NCBI RefSeq assembly: GCF_964194025.1
Contig: NC_134481.1
Coordinates: 14,260,001-14,324,000, forward strand
Reading direction: 5' to 3'
Source: Convolutriloba macropyga
Lineage: Eukaryota
Length of the DNA stretch: 64,000 bases
The position numbers and the translations under genes were made by a program. The notes beneath the pieces were generated by a model, which was given only the letters and a program-made list of their open reading frames with translations, was not told the DNA's origin and ran no database searches. This document shows positions 12,101 to 25,190 of the stretch, piece by piece; within the stretch, counting starts at the first letter, position 1; every line of letters begins with the position of its first letter.

Positions 12101-14705
12101 GAATACCAACGACACATCTTTGGAGCCAGGGACTCACCAGCTTGCGCAAATTTTGTTTTGCAACAGACAGCCAAAGACGACATCGAAGATCACCCAAATT
12201 CTCTAGAGATCATTCAGCGGACATTCTATATGGATGACACGATTGCATTTTTTAGCGACGACATCACAGCTTTCACCACAGCCAGGGATGTCAAGGATAC
12301 TCTGAAGAATGGTAAATTCAATCTGACAAAATGGTGCAGCAACAGCCGTGAGTTTTGTGAGCAGATGCAAGATGATCTATGCAAACCAGTGGAGGAGCTC
12401 TTCAGTAAAGGTTTTCATCAAAGAGTACTTGGAGTTTACAGGAGCTTAGACGAAGACAAAATAATGTTCAAAGCGAAAGACAGAAGGAACCTGGACAGGA
12501 AAACTTGGACCTAACGCAAGTTTCTCTCATTGGTGTCAAATTTCTACGATCCTTTGGGAATCATTTCGCCATTCCTCATCCGAGCTAAGATTCTACTGCA
12601 AGAGCTTTGGAAACATGGACGCGAATGGAACAAAGCTATCGGTGGAGACAATGGAAAGGCCATCAAAGATTGGGTACAGGAAACGGAACAGATAGGTACG
12701 GTAGGGGTAAACAGGTTGGTAGGTGGTACAGCACTTGGGGACACAATGGAACTTCATGTGTTCTGCGACGCATCAATGGAAGCAACAGCAGCAGTAGCAT
12801 ACATCAAGACAACCAGGAACCAAAAAACCACAACTCGTTTTCTCAGGGGAAAAACAAGAGTGGCACTCTTACGTCAAACAACAATTCCCAGACTAGAACT
12901 GCAAGCAGCACTTTACGCGGCAAGATTGAAGAAAACAATTGAGGATGAAATGGATTTCAAGTTTGACAATATCTTTCTGTGGAGTGACAGCACGACGGCT
13001 CTCAGTTGGATAAAGAACTTCAAATTGAAACACAAGATGTACATCGGAAACCGAATTGCCGAAATAAGGGATCTCACAAACACCAATCAGTGGAACTACG
13101 TCAACAACAAGGACAACCCAGCAGATCATGCAACGAGGCGACTAACAGCAACAGAAATGACAGAAAAATCTCTTTGGTTACAGGGACCACAGTTTCTTCT
13201 ATCTTCTAACGACAACTCGACAACAGACGAACAACAACACGAAACTGTTTTCTTGAACAACGCAGAACAGAAGTCTCAGGGAACACGACGACAGCCAATT
13301 GACAAAGACCTAATTGATGCCAACCGGTTTAGCCAGTGGTAGAAACTAAGAGCCGTCATCATCAAAATGAAAAACCTCCGAAACAAAACGAGAACATGGG
13401 ACCAGCAGATCATAGATGCAGAGAACTTTCTTTTCCGTCTATCTCAGCAACAATCATTCGACGAGGACATAAATCAACTAGCACACAACAAGCCATTCAA
13501 AAACGGAGTAGATTGATTCAGTTGACACCTTCAATAGACGAAGATGGTATCCTTCGATCAAATAGCAGACTAACCAACGCACCAGTTTCAACAGCAACAA
13601 AGAAGCCAATAATCTTAGACGGCAGGAACAGGACTATTCGTCTTTTTCTGGAACTGCAAAACAACATCAATGGTCATGTTGGAGTTGAACAGCAAACACA
13701 CATCATTCAGTCGAACTTTTGAGTTCTTCAATGCAAAACAGTAATGAAGAAGATCTCGAAAAGATGCTACGAATGCAGACGACAGAGACAAATCAACAGC
13801 CAGCCTCAGATGTCAGATCTTCCGAGCTACCGATTCTCAGTCAAACCTGTAGCCTTCAAGAAAACCGGAGTAGACATTTTTGGGCCCTTTGAAATCTACA
13901 GCCAGATCGACACAGCCATGAAAGTTTATTGTTGCTTGTTCACCTGTCTGACGATACGAGCCGTTCATATCGAAGTAACCAGAATTTGCAAAAGGAATCA
14001 TGCATAATGGCATTTCAACGATTCTTCAGCCGACGAGGACTTCCGGAAAGAATTCACAGTGACAATGCTTTATATTTCACCAGTACAGCAAAGACCTTCG
14101 AGGAAAGCAGCTTCACAATTACAGAGATACAGAAATATGCGGAATCGAAAAAGATTGCATGGAAATTTATTCCACCAGGAGCTGCACATTTTGGTGGAAC
14201 ATGGGAACGCCTCATTGGGATGAGCAAACGACTCTTCTTCAATAGTCTTTGCCAAGTTGAAGCTCTACTCAACAGCAGAGCTCTAACATCAGTCAGCAGT
14301 GACGTACGCGATGTGGAAAGCCTGACACCAGGACATTTTTTGACAGGAATGACAACAGGAGTGTATTTAGAAACTACAATTAGCAGCAACGACAGAGAAG
14401 CAGGAAAACTATGGAACAACGTCAACAGTATTATGAACGAGTTTTGGACACGTCTTTTAAAAGACTATCTGCCAACACTCAGACAACGTCGAAAATGGCA
14501 TTCAACAGTAGACGGGACTAAAGTAGGGGACATGGTGTGGATACTAGAAAACAACACACCCAGGGGTATTTGTCCGGTAGGTAGGGTACAAAAGGTAAAT
14601 AAAGGTAAAGATAATGTGGTAAGGTCTTGCCTGGTTAAAACAACAAAAGGGGATTTTGTTAAACCAGCTATTAAACTTAGTTTGATCAGCAACAAATCAA
14701 CATAA
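9115..14705 (+). pseudogene. BEL/Pao gag-pol polyprotein, fragmented by stops and frameshifts
   Basis: Gag (FNGDPS.W, zinc knuckles CRNCLGAKHRANNC and CREQGCGQRHNTMLH), protease FIDPGSS, RT GDIEAMFMQI and FYMDD, RNase H LHVFCDAS...TIPRLELQAA...WSDSTT, integrase CYEC, GVDIFGP, SDNA, WERL. Confidence 0.93.
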
Positions 14706-15861
14706 AGGTTATCAATAATAAATGGAGAACAATAATTTAAGCACAATCTAAAGCAAACTTGATATCAGTTTTGGGATTAGAGTAAAGTGAAAGATGAAAT
14801 GTTTAAAGTTCAATTCAATGAGTTAGAAATTCAAAGGGACTTTTAGGTATCATTCAGGTACAATTAGGGATTTCAATAAGTAACTCACAGGATACTCAAA
14901 TTAGCAAAATTTAGCGTACATTAGAAAATACTTTCAAATAGAAAAATTTAGGTAGGTAAGTTTAACAGGAAGACAAATTCTGGATAGACATTAGGTAGGT
15001 TTTGGACTTGAAATGCACAAATAATTAGCTTATAGCAAAACAGCAGAGAGTTAAACTGACAGTTTAACAGTATTTTGAATGATTAGATGACACTAAACAG
15101 CTTAGGTAAAACCAGACATCAGTGGTAATATGTATTACAAAACATTTGGTATTCCGACAAAACTCTAATTAGGGAAAAACGGGTAAAAGGTAGGCAATAG
15201 GTACAAGGTAGTGGTAGATTTAGGCACGTAGGGAACACGGGGAGCATCAATTTGTCAACCAGCATCTTTCAACGAGCGGACCAGCAACAACAACAATTCC
15301 AGACATCAATCAGTTTTTTGACATTCGCCAATCAGCCAATACAAAAATTGATTCACAAAAAAAATTGTACACAGTCAAACGCAATCAGCACAAAAGCAAT
15401 TCAACTTACCAGCACACAATTCTTTCTTATAGCACTACAAGCAGCACGTTGACAACCAGTACACAGCAACAATCTACAGACAACACCGACGGAAGACATC
15501 AGCAGAAGTTTCACAACAACAAACACTTCAGCAAGAATTACTTCAGAAGAAGCAACAGCATTTTTTGAACAGCAGTCAACACATTCATCAACAGTAGACA
15601 TTATCAACGTCAGGACAGACATACTTGTAGATATGAACGAGTCCATAACTTCAAGATCAGCGTTTTATTGAGGACACAACTCAATACAACATTTCAACAT
15701 AATCAGCAGATGAATTAAGAAATACAGTTCAGCTACACAAAAGACACAACAGAGCAAAAGAGAACACGACGAGACGACAAAGAGCAACTTCAAACAGACT
15801 TCAACAACAACAGATCGACCACAAACTTTCTGATTTTTGGTGCCCAAAAATGAGGGCCCAG

Positions 15862-16210
15862 TGTACCAGGAGAGGCACGTGCCAATAAACTTTAACTTTG
15901 AACACCAAGTCATAATGTTGATTATATATATGTAATTCAATGGTTAGGAAATAGATGACTTTTTCAGGGTAGCAAAAGAAGATTTGTGAAGCAAATCTCA
16001 AGAAAGTTTTAACTGTTGAAAAGGAACAACAGTGGGCAAAGGGTAGCCCAGGCATATCGTGCCAAAGTAACTATAACTCAAGGGTCTTTTTTGAAACACC
16101 ACCACCACTGGCCTCTGTGAAGCAAGCTGATTAGTTTGCTTCTCTGACGCCCGGCCGCAGCACCACCAACACTACACATTCAAAATTAACTGAAGGTGGA
16201 ACACCGCACA
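15862..16210 (+). repeat. 3' LTR of BEL/Pao element
   Basis: TGTACCAGG...CACCGCACA, followed by TSD GAAGT. Confidence 0.95.
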
Positions 16211-16655
16211 GAAGTGATGATTTCTGTCACGCCGAAATAGGAAGTTGGGTAAAAAAAGCAATGGATTTTGCGGTGCAAAATTATTTCGATGTAATTTCAA
16301 AATGGAGTGAGAAAGCGGTGTTTGAATAAAATTGTGCTTTCTCGCTTGTGGTTTTTTTTCACATGCAGCATTGCCACAGTGATTTCTACTGTTTTTTTTT
16401 CAAATTTTTTGGATCTGATTTTTGTCTGAATAGTTTTCCTAGTCCATTCATAACCAATCTAGGCCGAGTTTTTTATTTAGTCGCACCAGTGCACCAGTTT
16501 CAACAGCAACAAAGAAGCCAATAATCTTAGACGGCAGGAACAGGACTGTTCGTCTTTTTCTGGAACTGCAACACAACATCAATGGTCATGTTGTAGTTGA
16601 ACAGCAAACACACATCATTCAGTCGAACTTTTGAGTTCTTCAATGCAAAACAGTA

Positions 16656-17618
16656 ATGAAGAAGCTCTCGAAAAGATGCTACGAATGCAGACGACAGAGA
16701 CAAATCAACAGCCAGACTCAGATGTCAGATCTTCCGAGCTACCGATTCTCAGTCAAACCTGTAGCCTTCAAGAAAACCGGAGTAGACATTTTTGGGCCCT
16801 TTGAAATCTACAGCCAGATCAACACAGCCATGAAAGTTTATTGTTGCTTGTTCACCTGTCTGACGATACGAGCCGTTCATATCGAAGTAACCAGAAACTT
16901 GCAAAAGGAATCATGCATAATGGCATTTCAACGATTCTTCAGCCGACGAGGACTACCGGAAAGAATTCACAGTGACAATGCTTTATATTTCACCAGTACA
17001 GCAAAGACCTTCGAGGAAAGCAGCTTCACAACTACAGAGATACAGAAATATGCGGAATCGAAAAAGATTGCATGGAAATTTATTCCACCAGGAGCTGCAG
17101 CTTTTGGTGGAACATGGGAACGCCTCATTGGGATGAGCAAACGACTCTTCTTCAATAGTCTTTGCCAAGTCGAAGCTCTACTCAACAGCAGAACTCTAAC
17201 ATCAGTCAACAGTGACGTACGCGATGTGGAAAGCCTGACACCAGGACATTTTTTGACAGGAATGACAACAGGAGTGTATTTAGAAACTACAATTAGCAGC
17301 AACGACAGAGAAACAGGAAAACTATGGAACAACGTCAACAGTATTATGAACGAGTTTTGGACACGTCTTTTAAAAGACTATCTGCCAACACTCAGACAAC
17401 GTCGAAAATGGCATTCAACAGTAGACGGGACTAAAGTAGGGGACATGGTGTGGATACTAGAAAACAACACACCCAGGGGTATTTGTCCGGTAGGTAGGGT
17501 ACAAAAGGTAAATAAAGGTAAAGATAATGTGGTAAGGTCTTGCCTGGTTAAAACAACAAAAGGGGATTTTGTTAAACCAGCTATTAAACTTAGTTTGATC
17601 AGCAACAAATCAACATAA
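16656..17618 (+). pseudogene. Duplicated BEL integrase ORF (320 aa, open frame but orphan)
   Basis: CYEC, GVDIFGP, HIEV, SDNA, WERL, LTPGHFL. Lacks the frameshift seen at ~13985 in the first copy, but shares the upstream TGA. Confidence 0.85.
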
Positions 17619-18781
17619 AGGTTATCAATAATAAATGGAGAACAATAATTTAAGCACAATCTAAAGCAAACTTGATATCAGCTTTGGGATTAGAGTAGAG
17701 TGAAAGATGAAATGTTTAAAGTTCAGTTCAATGAGTTAGAAATTCAAAGGGACTTTTAGGTATTATTCAGGTACAATTAGGGATTTCAATAAGTAACTCA
17801 CAGGATACTCAAAATAGCAAAATTTAGCGTACATTAGAAAATACTTTCAAATATAAAAATTTAGGTAGGTAATTTTAACAGGAAGACAAATTCTGGTTAG
17901 ACATTAGGTAGGTTTTGGACTTGAAATGCACAAATAATTAGCTTATAGCAAAACAGCAGAGAGTTAAACTGACAGTCTAACAGTATTTTGAATGATTAGA
18001 TGACACTAAACAGCTTAGGTAAAACCAGACATCCGTGGTAATATGTATTACAAAACATTTGGTATTCCCACAAAACTCTAATTAGGGAAAAACAGGTAAA
18101 AGGTAGGCAATAGGTACAAGGTAGTGGTAGATTAAGGCACGCAGGGAACACGGGGAGCATCAATTTGTCAACCAGCATCCTTCAACGAGCAGACCAGCAA
18201 CAACAACAATTCCAGACATCAATCAGTTTTTTGACATTCGCCAATCAGCCAATACAAAAGTTGATTCACAAAAAAAAATTGTACACAGTCAAACGCAATC
18301 AGCACAAAAGCAATTCAACTTACCAGCACACAATTCTTTCTTATAGCACTACAAGCAGCACGTTGACAACCAGTACACAGCAACAATCTACAGACAACAC
18401 CGACGGAAGACATCAGCAGAAATTTCACAACAACAAACACTTCAGCAAGAATTACTTCAGAAGAAGCAACAGCATTTTTTGAACAGCAGTCAACACATTC
18501 ATCAACAGCAGACATTATCAACGTCAGGACAGACATACTTGTAGATATGAACGAGTCCATAACTTCAAGATCAGCGTTTTTTTGAGGACACAACTCAATA
18601 CAACATTTCAACATAATCATCAGCAGATGAATTAAGAAATACAGTTCAGCTACACAAAAGACACAACAGAGCAAAATAGAACACGACGAGACGACAAAGA
18701 GCAACTTCAAACAGACTTCAACAACAACAACAGATCGACCACAAACTTTCTGATTTTTGGTGCCCAAAAATGGGGGCTCAG

Positions 18782-19130
18782 TGTACCAGGAGAGGCACGT
18801 GCTAAAAAACTGTAACTTTGAACACCAAGTCATAATGTTGATTACATATATGTAATTCAATGGTTAGGAAATAGATGACTTTTTCACGGTAGCAAAAGAA
18901 GATTTGTGAAGCAAATCTCAAGAAAGTTTTAACTGTTGAAAAGGAACAACAGTGGGCAAAGGGTAGCCCAGGCATATCGTGCCAAAGTAACTATAACTCA
19001 AGGGTCGTTTTTGAAACACCACCACCAATGGCCTCAGTGAAGCAAGCTGATTAGTTTGCTTCTCTGACGCCCGGCCGCAGCACCACCAACACTACACATT
19101 CAAAATTAACTGAAGGCGGAACACCGCACA
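18782..19130 (+). repeat. Third LTR (copy of the 3' LTR)
   Basis: 349 bp, TG...CA, followed by GAAGT. Confidence 0.95.
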
Positions 19131-20843
19131 GAAGTGATGATTTCTGTCACGCCGAAATAGGAAGTTGGGTAAAAAAGCAATGGATTTTGCGGTGCAAAAT
19201 TATTTCGATGTAATTTCAAAATGGAGTGAGAAAGCGGTGTTTGAATAAAATTGTGCTTTCTCGCTTGTGGTTTTTTTTTCACATGCAGCATTGCAACAGT
19301 GATTTCTACTGTTTTTTTTTTCAAATTTTTTGGATCTGATTTTTGTCTGAATAGTTTTCCTAGTCCATTCATAACCAATCTAGGCCGAGTTTTTTATTTA
19401 GTCAAGTGACTTGCCTCACTCTAAAAAATGACGTCCTCACTCTGAAATTGAATTTTCTTTACTTTAATTCAAAGAGAATATTAAGTGAGCGTGTGTCACT
19501 CTAATTGGCCGTTGATTGAGATCAGCTAATAGGCGCAGCAATAAACTAAATGGTTCTTTTCCGTTTGTGCCTACCTCTGCACAGTACGTTACAGAGCACG
19601 TGCCATTACGTAGTAAAGCATTGTGTAAAAATATGGCACGTGCGTCAGGGATGTGCAAATAATATGCGCCCACTAAGCTGGGGGCATAAAGGAAAAACTC
19701 CAGTTGAACAGATTTTTAATCAAAATATATCTGAGCATTTAAGAAAAGGCAGTTCCTTTTTGGTGTATTTCTTTTACTATCTTTTTGAGACTGTGGATCT
19801 ACGAAGCTAGTGCGTTTTTTCTGACAATATGCCTGCTATGTTTTCAATGAACGAATCTCAGTTCAGTGTATTTCTGGTGGAGCATAATTATAATAGTTCA
19901 TTGTGGCACAGCCATCAGTTGACCTACCGGATGTTTATATTTAATTGGATGTTAATTTTTATACTTTGCCGCTGCAAAACAGAAGTTCTCCAACACTATT
20001 GCTAAGAGCGCAAATAAGAAGAAAAGAGAAAACGCATAGCTCATTTATAAAAGAGAGATTAAATAAATGCCATTCACCGGAAAACTTTTTGGGGTCCAAA
20101 AAATAGAATGTGTATAGTGAGTGTAAAAGGAGTTGTGGATTGCAGTAAAGGAAAAGTGTTGATGTTATTTAACAGCAAATGACAGAATTAGATTAATTTA
20201 ATCCACGACATTATCAGTTTTATTCAAAAGGCACGATGAGCACGTATTTCGAAAACGTTCTTTTTGCCTGAAAACTTATTCAATTGTCAATGTCTCTCCT
20301 TGAACTGACTTTTTTTGAGTAGAAGTCAATTATTCACAGTTTTGAATATCGTTTTAGCGCATTCTTATGAATTACATTTATGGGGAACAGTTCCTGATAA
20401 TAACACTGACAATAAATTGAACAAATGATGAGTTCATAAGGTACATTATGTGGCGCCGAGATCTTCAAGATCTAAGAGACGAGTTTTGAGGGAAATTTTC
20501 GAGCTGCAATTCCCACTAAAAGTATTTTTGCAAATGAGAATGGAGAGTTTTCTTTGTTTTGCTGCTCTTTAGGAAACGAAGTTGAGCGAAGCCCATATAG
20601 GCCTCATGATTGTTTCTGTAATCAAATTTCTTTTCATATTTGCGCCGGGAGGACCGAATTCTTTGTCATGTAAGCGGGTAGTGGATACGGAACAAGATAA
20701 TAGATACCAGAGGCCCAAAATTGTCCCGCCTTTTGTCACTTCCAAAAAAACATACTGGCAAAAGCTTATAGATTTTCAAAGTATTACGTGCTGAGTATTA
20801 GTATCACGTGCTGAGTTTATAGGCTGAAGTATTGTGGGGCAAA

Positions 20844-21720
20844 ATGTCTCGCAACTCCGAAGGAAAATGCAAAACATGTAAAAGTCAAATCAAAATAGGA
20901 GAAGCTGTATACAACTGTATCTCTTGTGGATTGAAGATGCACATGGAGTGTGCTGGATTGGAAGAGGACGCCATGAAGGTGCTCTCAAGTCTGATGAGTA
21001 TTGTTTTACTCCTGTGTAACGAATGCGTGAATAAAGGGAAGAAAGAGCAAATCATCCAGAACTGCACAAAAGGGAACGTGGAAGGAAAAATTGACAAGCT
21101 CAACGAAAGCCTGAAAAAGATAGAGAATTCCCTAATCAAACAGATCGATCAGAAAATCGAAGCTGCTCCTGCAGGCAGCGATGCGAAAACTGAGGAATTC
21201 ATGGAGAAAATCCTTGAAGAGAAGATAGTTAAGAAAGTTTTGAATGTGCAGAAAACGTCTGACGAACAGAAGGAAGTACATCAATATCTTGAAAGCCTTC
21301 AGAATTCAAGGAATTCCAAAAGACCTAGAAAAGACAAAAGATGTGAACTTCATTTCACTAAATGAGAACATAAAAGATATATTTGATGCAATTGAAGTCA
21401 GCACGACGGTTGAAAACGTGAGAAGACTTGGAAGGTTTGATAAAAAACGCTCGAAGCCAAGAAGCGTTCTAGTAACTTTTCCCAACTGTTGGGAAACACG
21501 GAGGATTTTAGCTAAAGCTAGAGAAAAATGGAAACTACTTTCTGACCACGGTTTTTATGTACTTCCATCACTAACTAAGGCAGAATCCGAAAAAGAGAAT
21601 TTGTTTTAAGAAGAGACGTGAGATGATAGAGAACGGAACACCTGCAACCGAACTCAAAATTAGAAACTTTGAACTGCTTCACAACGGTACGAAAGTAGAT
21701 TTGGAAGAACCATCCGATTG
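20844..21720 (+). pseudogene. LINE ORF1 (PHD finger, coiled coil, RRM-like RLGR...PR motif)
   Basis: CKTC...CISC...HMEC...CNEC, then VRRLGRFDKKRSKPRSVLV after a frameshift. Confidence 0.8.
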
Positions 21721-21739
21721 ACTAGAAAATTTGAATCTG

Positions 21740-24452
21740 ATGTTAGTAAATGCTCGTAGTCTTTTGAATTTTGATAGATGAACTAAGTTTGCAAATGCTG
21801 TGATGACCTGTAGATACCCATTGTCATCGTTACGGAAACTTGGTGGAATGAAGACATAGAAGACTCAAAACTTCCAAATGCTTCCTGGGTATATCTCCGC
21901 TGTCAACAAACACGGAGGTGTTTTGGAAGCTATCCAGAGCATCATCAGTGCAAAACGAAACAGTGACGATCTCCCGGATGGATGTATTCTCACTATCGTT
22001 GACATACAACTGAAGAAATATCCTGTATGGGTCATCTACAATCCTCCACTAGGTAGCGCCTACAGATCCACTTTAGCTGACTTTACTTAACAGGTACTCA
22101 GAGTTATTGAAGAATTCAAGCAATACGCATGTTTGATATGCGGAGACTTCAACCTACCAAAGGTCAACTGGAGCCTAAATCACAGCGCAGATGAGTACGA
22201 GCAATCGGTGATTGAAATGTTTGAAAGACTTAACTCTCACCAAATAGTGGACTTTGGTACTTGTGGAAAGAACACACTAGATCTTGTGTTTGAACGGAAA
22301 GTGGAAAACACGACTGCCCAGATTGATCTTGTCTTCAGACAACTGTTTGACGTTTCAGATCACGAATCGAAATTATCGACTAAAGAACACAGAGAAGAAC
22401 GCAAAACCCCTGTCTCCAATTATTTCAGCTTTTGCAACGCCGATTACGATGCGAAGCGGCGAGAAATGACCTTGTTCCTTTTCGAGGCTACATGCTTCAT
22501 TGACATCGATCGCATGGTTGAAGAGTTTTTTGATTACATTAAATCCTTAATAGAGAAACATTGTCCCAAACGTACTCAACATAGACAGCTTGTGCCTCCC
22601 TGGTTTTCTAGGGAGACCTCTCATACTATGAAGATGCTGAGCACTGCTCAGCGAGCGCAACGCAAGAAACCAAACAGCTTAGTGCTATCGGAAAAAGTTG
22701 AGACTAGAAAATATGTTACCGGAACTTGCAGAAGATAGGTGTCAGTATCAACAGAAGCTTGTGACCAATCGTGATACGACAGTGATCTTCAAGCACCTAA
22801 AGAGCCTTAGAAAAACAGTAACTCTACCCAAAATACTTTCTCTAGAGGAAGAGACTGCCGATTCCACTCAACAGAAAGTAGACCTGCTAAATAGGTTTTT
22901 TCAGTCTGTATTTTCTGAGAAGACCAAAGACACGGTAGCCGATTACCTTCCGGACCCAACCCTAATGAATTTTGATGTCAGCTCAAAAAGAATAAGAGCA
23001 ATCTTAACAAACCTTGATGTCTCAAAAACTCGAGGTCCAGATAACATTCCCGCCTGTTTCTTGAAGCAACTGGCTGAACCGCTAAGTCTATTCTTGAGCG
23101 CAGTCTTTAGGAACATCAAAAGATTAGGAAAAATCCTGAACTGTTGGAAAATTGGTGCTGTGTCGCCCATCTATAAAACGCTGCAGAGCAACTGTCAAAA
23201 TTTACAGACCAGTGACATTGCTGTCTATAGTTTCGAAAGTACTCGAATGATGTATGTATGATCCGATCAAAAAGCAGTTCTCGCATCATTTAACAACCAG
23301 TCAACATGGATTTGTGAAAAAACGATCCGTTGTGTTGAACATGCTCTGTTTTTTGAACGACGTTCAAGTTGCGTTCGAAGGAAACTCAAATTCGGTGTTT
23401 TCCTTATACACCGACTTCTCAAAAGCATTCGATAAGGTCCCGCATGCTGAATTGTTGATCAAAGTAAGGAGAATTGGAGTGGGCGGGTGTGTACTTAGTC
23501 TTCTCAAGGACTATTTATGTAACCGTAAACAGTTCGTAAGATGGTGTCAGGTGGGACCTTCCACAAGTATCAAGTGGTGTTCGTCAGGGGTCCATTTTGG
23601 GCCCCTTACTCTTCTGCATCATCATAAATGATTTGCCAACTTCCTTGATATCCAGCACCCCATATCTGTATGCGGATGACGCAAAGTTCTTGTTTATTGA
23701 CAAAATTAACCAAGAAATTCAAAAAGAAGTTGACAGAATCTCACTTTGGGTATCCAGGAACAGAATGTCACTCGCTGCTGAAAAATGTTGTTATATAGCA
23801 TTTAAGGGACAGTCCCTCAGCCTTACGATGAATAACACTACATTAGAGCAATCCACAAAAGTGACTGACTTGGGAGTGCAGCTTACAGGTACCCTTTTGG
23901 TTTTCTGAAGAGAAATTTATCGAAGAATATGGAAACGAGTGAAAATTTGTGCTTACAAATCCCTAATTCTACCCTTGATTACTTTTGCTTCAAGCACTTG
24001 GCACCCATCGCGTGGAAGTATGAGACTAATGGAATGCTTTCAAAAACGTGCGTTGAAGTGGATAACGGGCTATTGGAATGCGTCGTACTTTGAAAACATG
24101 GTATCCCTAAGATTACTTCCGCTTCCTATGTTTTTGCAACTCAATGATTTACTTCTATTGTCTAAACTATACCATGATAAAGAAAACGCACTTCCATTGA
24201 TAGAAACCTATGAACACCAATATGGCAGATTATTCAAAATTCCAAAACTGGGAACCGAGAAATTCAGAGAGAACTTTACTTTCGAACTGCCAAAGTTGCC
24301 AACAATCTGCCTGAAGAGATAGACTTTTCCCAGCCTTTGGGACTCAAAAGACGTTTTCTATCATTCATGTGGGACCGTCTGATGTTGAACTTCAACGAAA
24401 GATTAGTGTGTAGATGGACCATTTTCTGTGATTGCTCCGATTGCAGAAAATA
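21740..24452 (+). pseudogene. LINE ORF2 (AP endonuclease + reverse transcriptase)
   Basis: ORF pieces at 21878, 22133, 22698, 23254, 23597 and 23939 give collinear APE-RT motifs. Confidence 0.88.
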
Positions 24453-25190
24453 GTGGAATCAAGACCCAAACTTCTATGGGAGCAATCCCCTCGGCTTGAT
24501 GCCGAAAAGTCACAACAACAACAACAACAAATTATAAAAGATAGTTATCCAGTTGTCTGCGTTTTTTTTATCTTTTTTAAATCTTCAAAAATGTAAATTT
24601 AAAGTTATAACCATAACAAAAACGTTTGGTTAAATATTTACATTTTTAAAATCGCCTCGTAAATATATGAATAGTTTGGTCTTTATACTTCAGTAGAAAA
24701 AATACTTGTCTCTATTGGAATACGTTCATGCAGTTTTCGCTGCTTAGCTTTTTCTTAAATTTATTTTTAGTTTTTTCTTTTCGGATTTCACTTGGTAAAT
24801 TATTCCACTTCCTAGAAAAATTTCTGATCAGTGACCTGTCACTCCATTTGGATTGGCACTTATTCTTTGGAAAAAACTGGACAGTTCTGGAGTTTTCGCC
24901 TCCCCCCCATCAGTACGTTATGCACCCCCAGTTACAAAGCCCCAGTGACTTTGTGATTACAAAGTAAATTATTATGTAAAAATATGGCACGTTTTTAAGT
25001 TGGCACGTATGACATTCGTTTTTAAGAAACTTTAAGAAAACTTCAACCGCTCCCTCCAGAGGGCACGAGAGATGCTCTCAGTTTGACAATACTTCCTGTA
25101 ATAAACTCTTCAGTGGTCTGTCATGTGTTAATCCAGTTGTATTTTTAGATTGTATGCAAATTTAATTGAACCCCATTCAAAGAATTTAAA

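Larger units (their letters stand above)
8568..16210 (+). mobile_element. BEL/Pao LTR retrotransposon, full length, inactivated
   Basis: Two 349-bp LTRs, 5-bp TSD GAAGT (8563-8567 and 16211-16215), and gag-PR-RT-RH-IN order with BEL-type motifs. Confidence 0.95.
16491..19403 (+). repeat. Tandem duplication of 13579-16482 (integrase, 3' UTR, 3' LTR and 270 bp of flank)
   Basis: Near-identical second copy including LTR 18782-19130 and the same downstream flank. The 8-mer GCACCAGT is repeated at the junction. Confidence 0.95.
20832..24530 (+). mobile_element. Non-LTR retrotransposon, CR1/L2-like, near full length, degenerate
   Basis: ORF1 with PHD finger and coiled coil. ORF2 with APE (VNARSL, VTETW, IYNPP, GDFNLP, LDLV, SDH) and RT (QHGF, DFSKAFDKVPH, GPLLF, YADD). 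3' hairpin TCGGC-TTGAT-GCCGA and (CAA)n tail at 24513-24530. 5' end not defined. Confidence 0.9.

Noticed and set aside
4813-13722. Repeated in-frame TGA at Trp/Cys positions in PLE and BEL ORFs, suggesting selenocysteine (as in Naiad PLEs) or an alternative code
   Set aside because: The same ORFs also have TAA stops and frameshifts, TGG-to-TGA is a single transition, intact genes use TGG for Trp, and no SECIS was recognised.
18315-18860. 181-aa hydrophobic antisense ORF and S/T/Q-rich sense ORFs in the BEL 3' region, a possible env or accessory gene
   Set aside because: Explained by the CAA-rich strand composition; broken in the other copy; no recognisable motif.
20045-24541. TTATAAAAGA on both sides of the LINE as a TSD
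   Set aside because: A short AT-rich match ~800 bp upstream of ORF1 is plausible by chance, and the 5' end is undefined.
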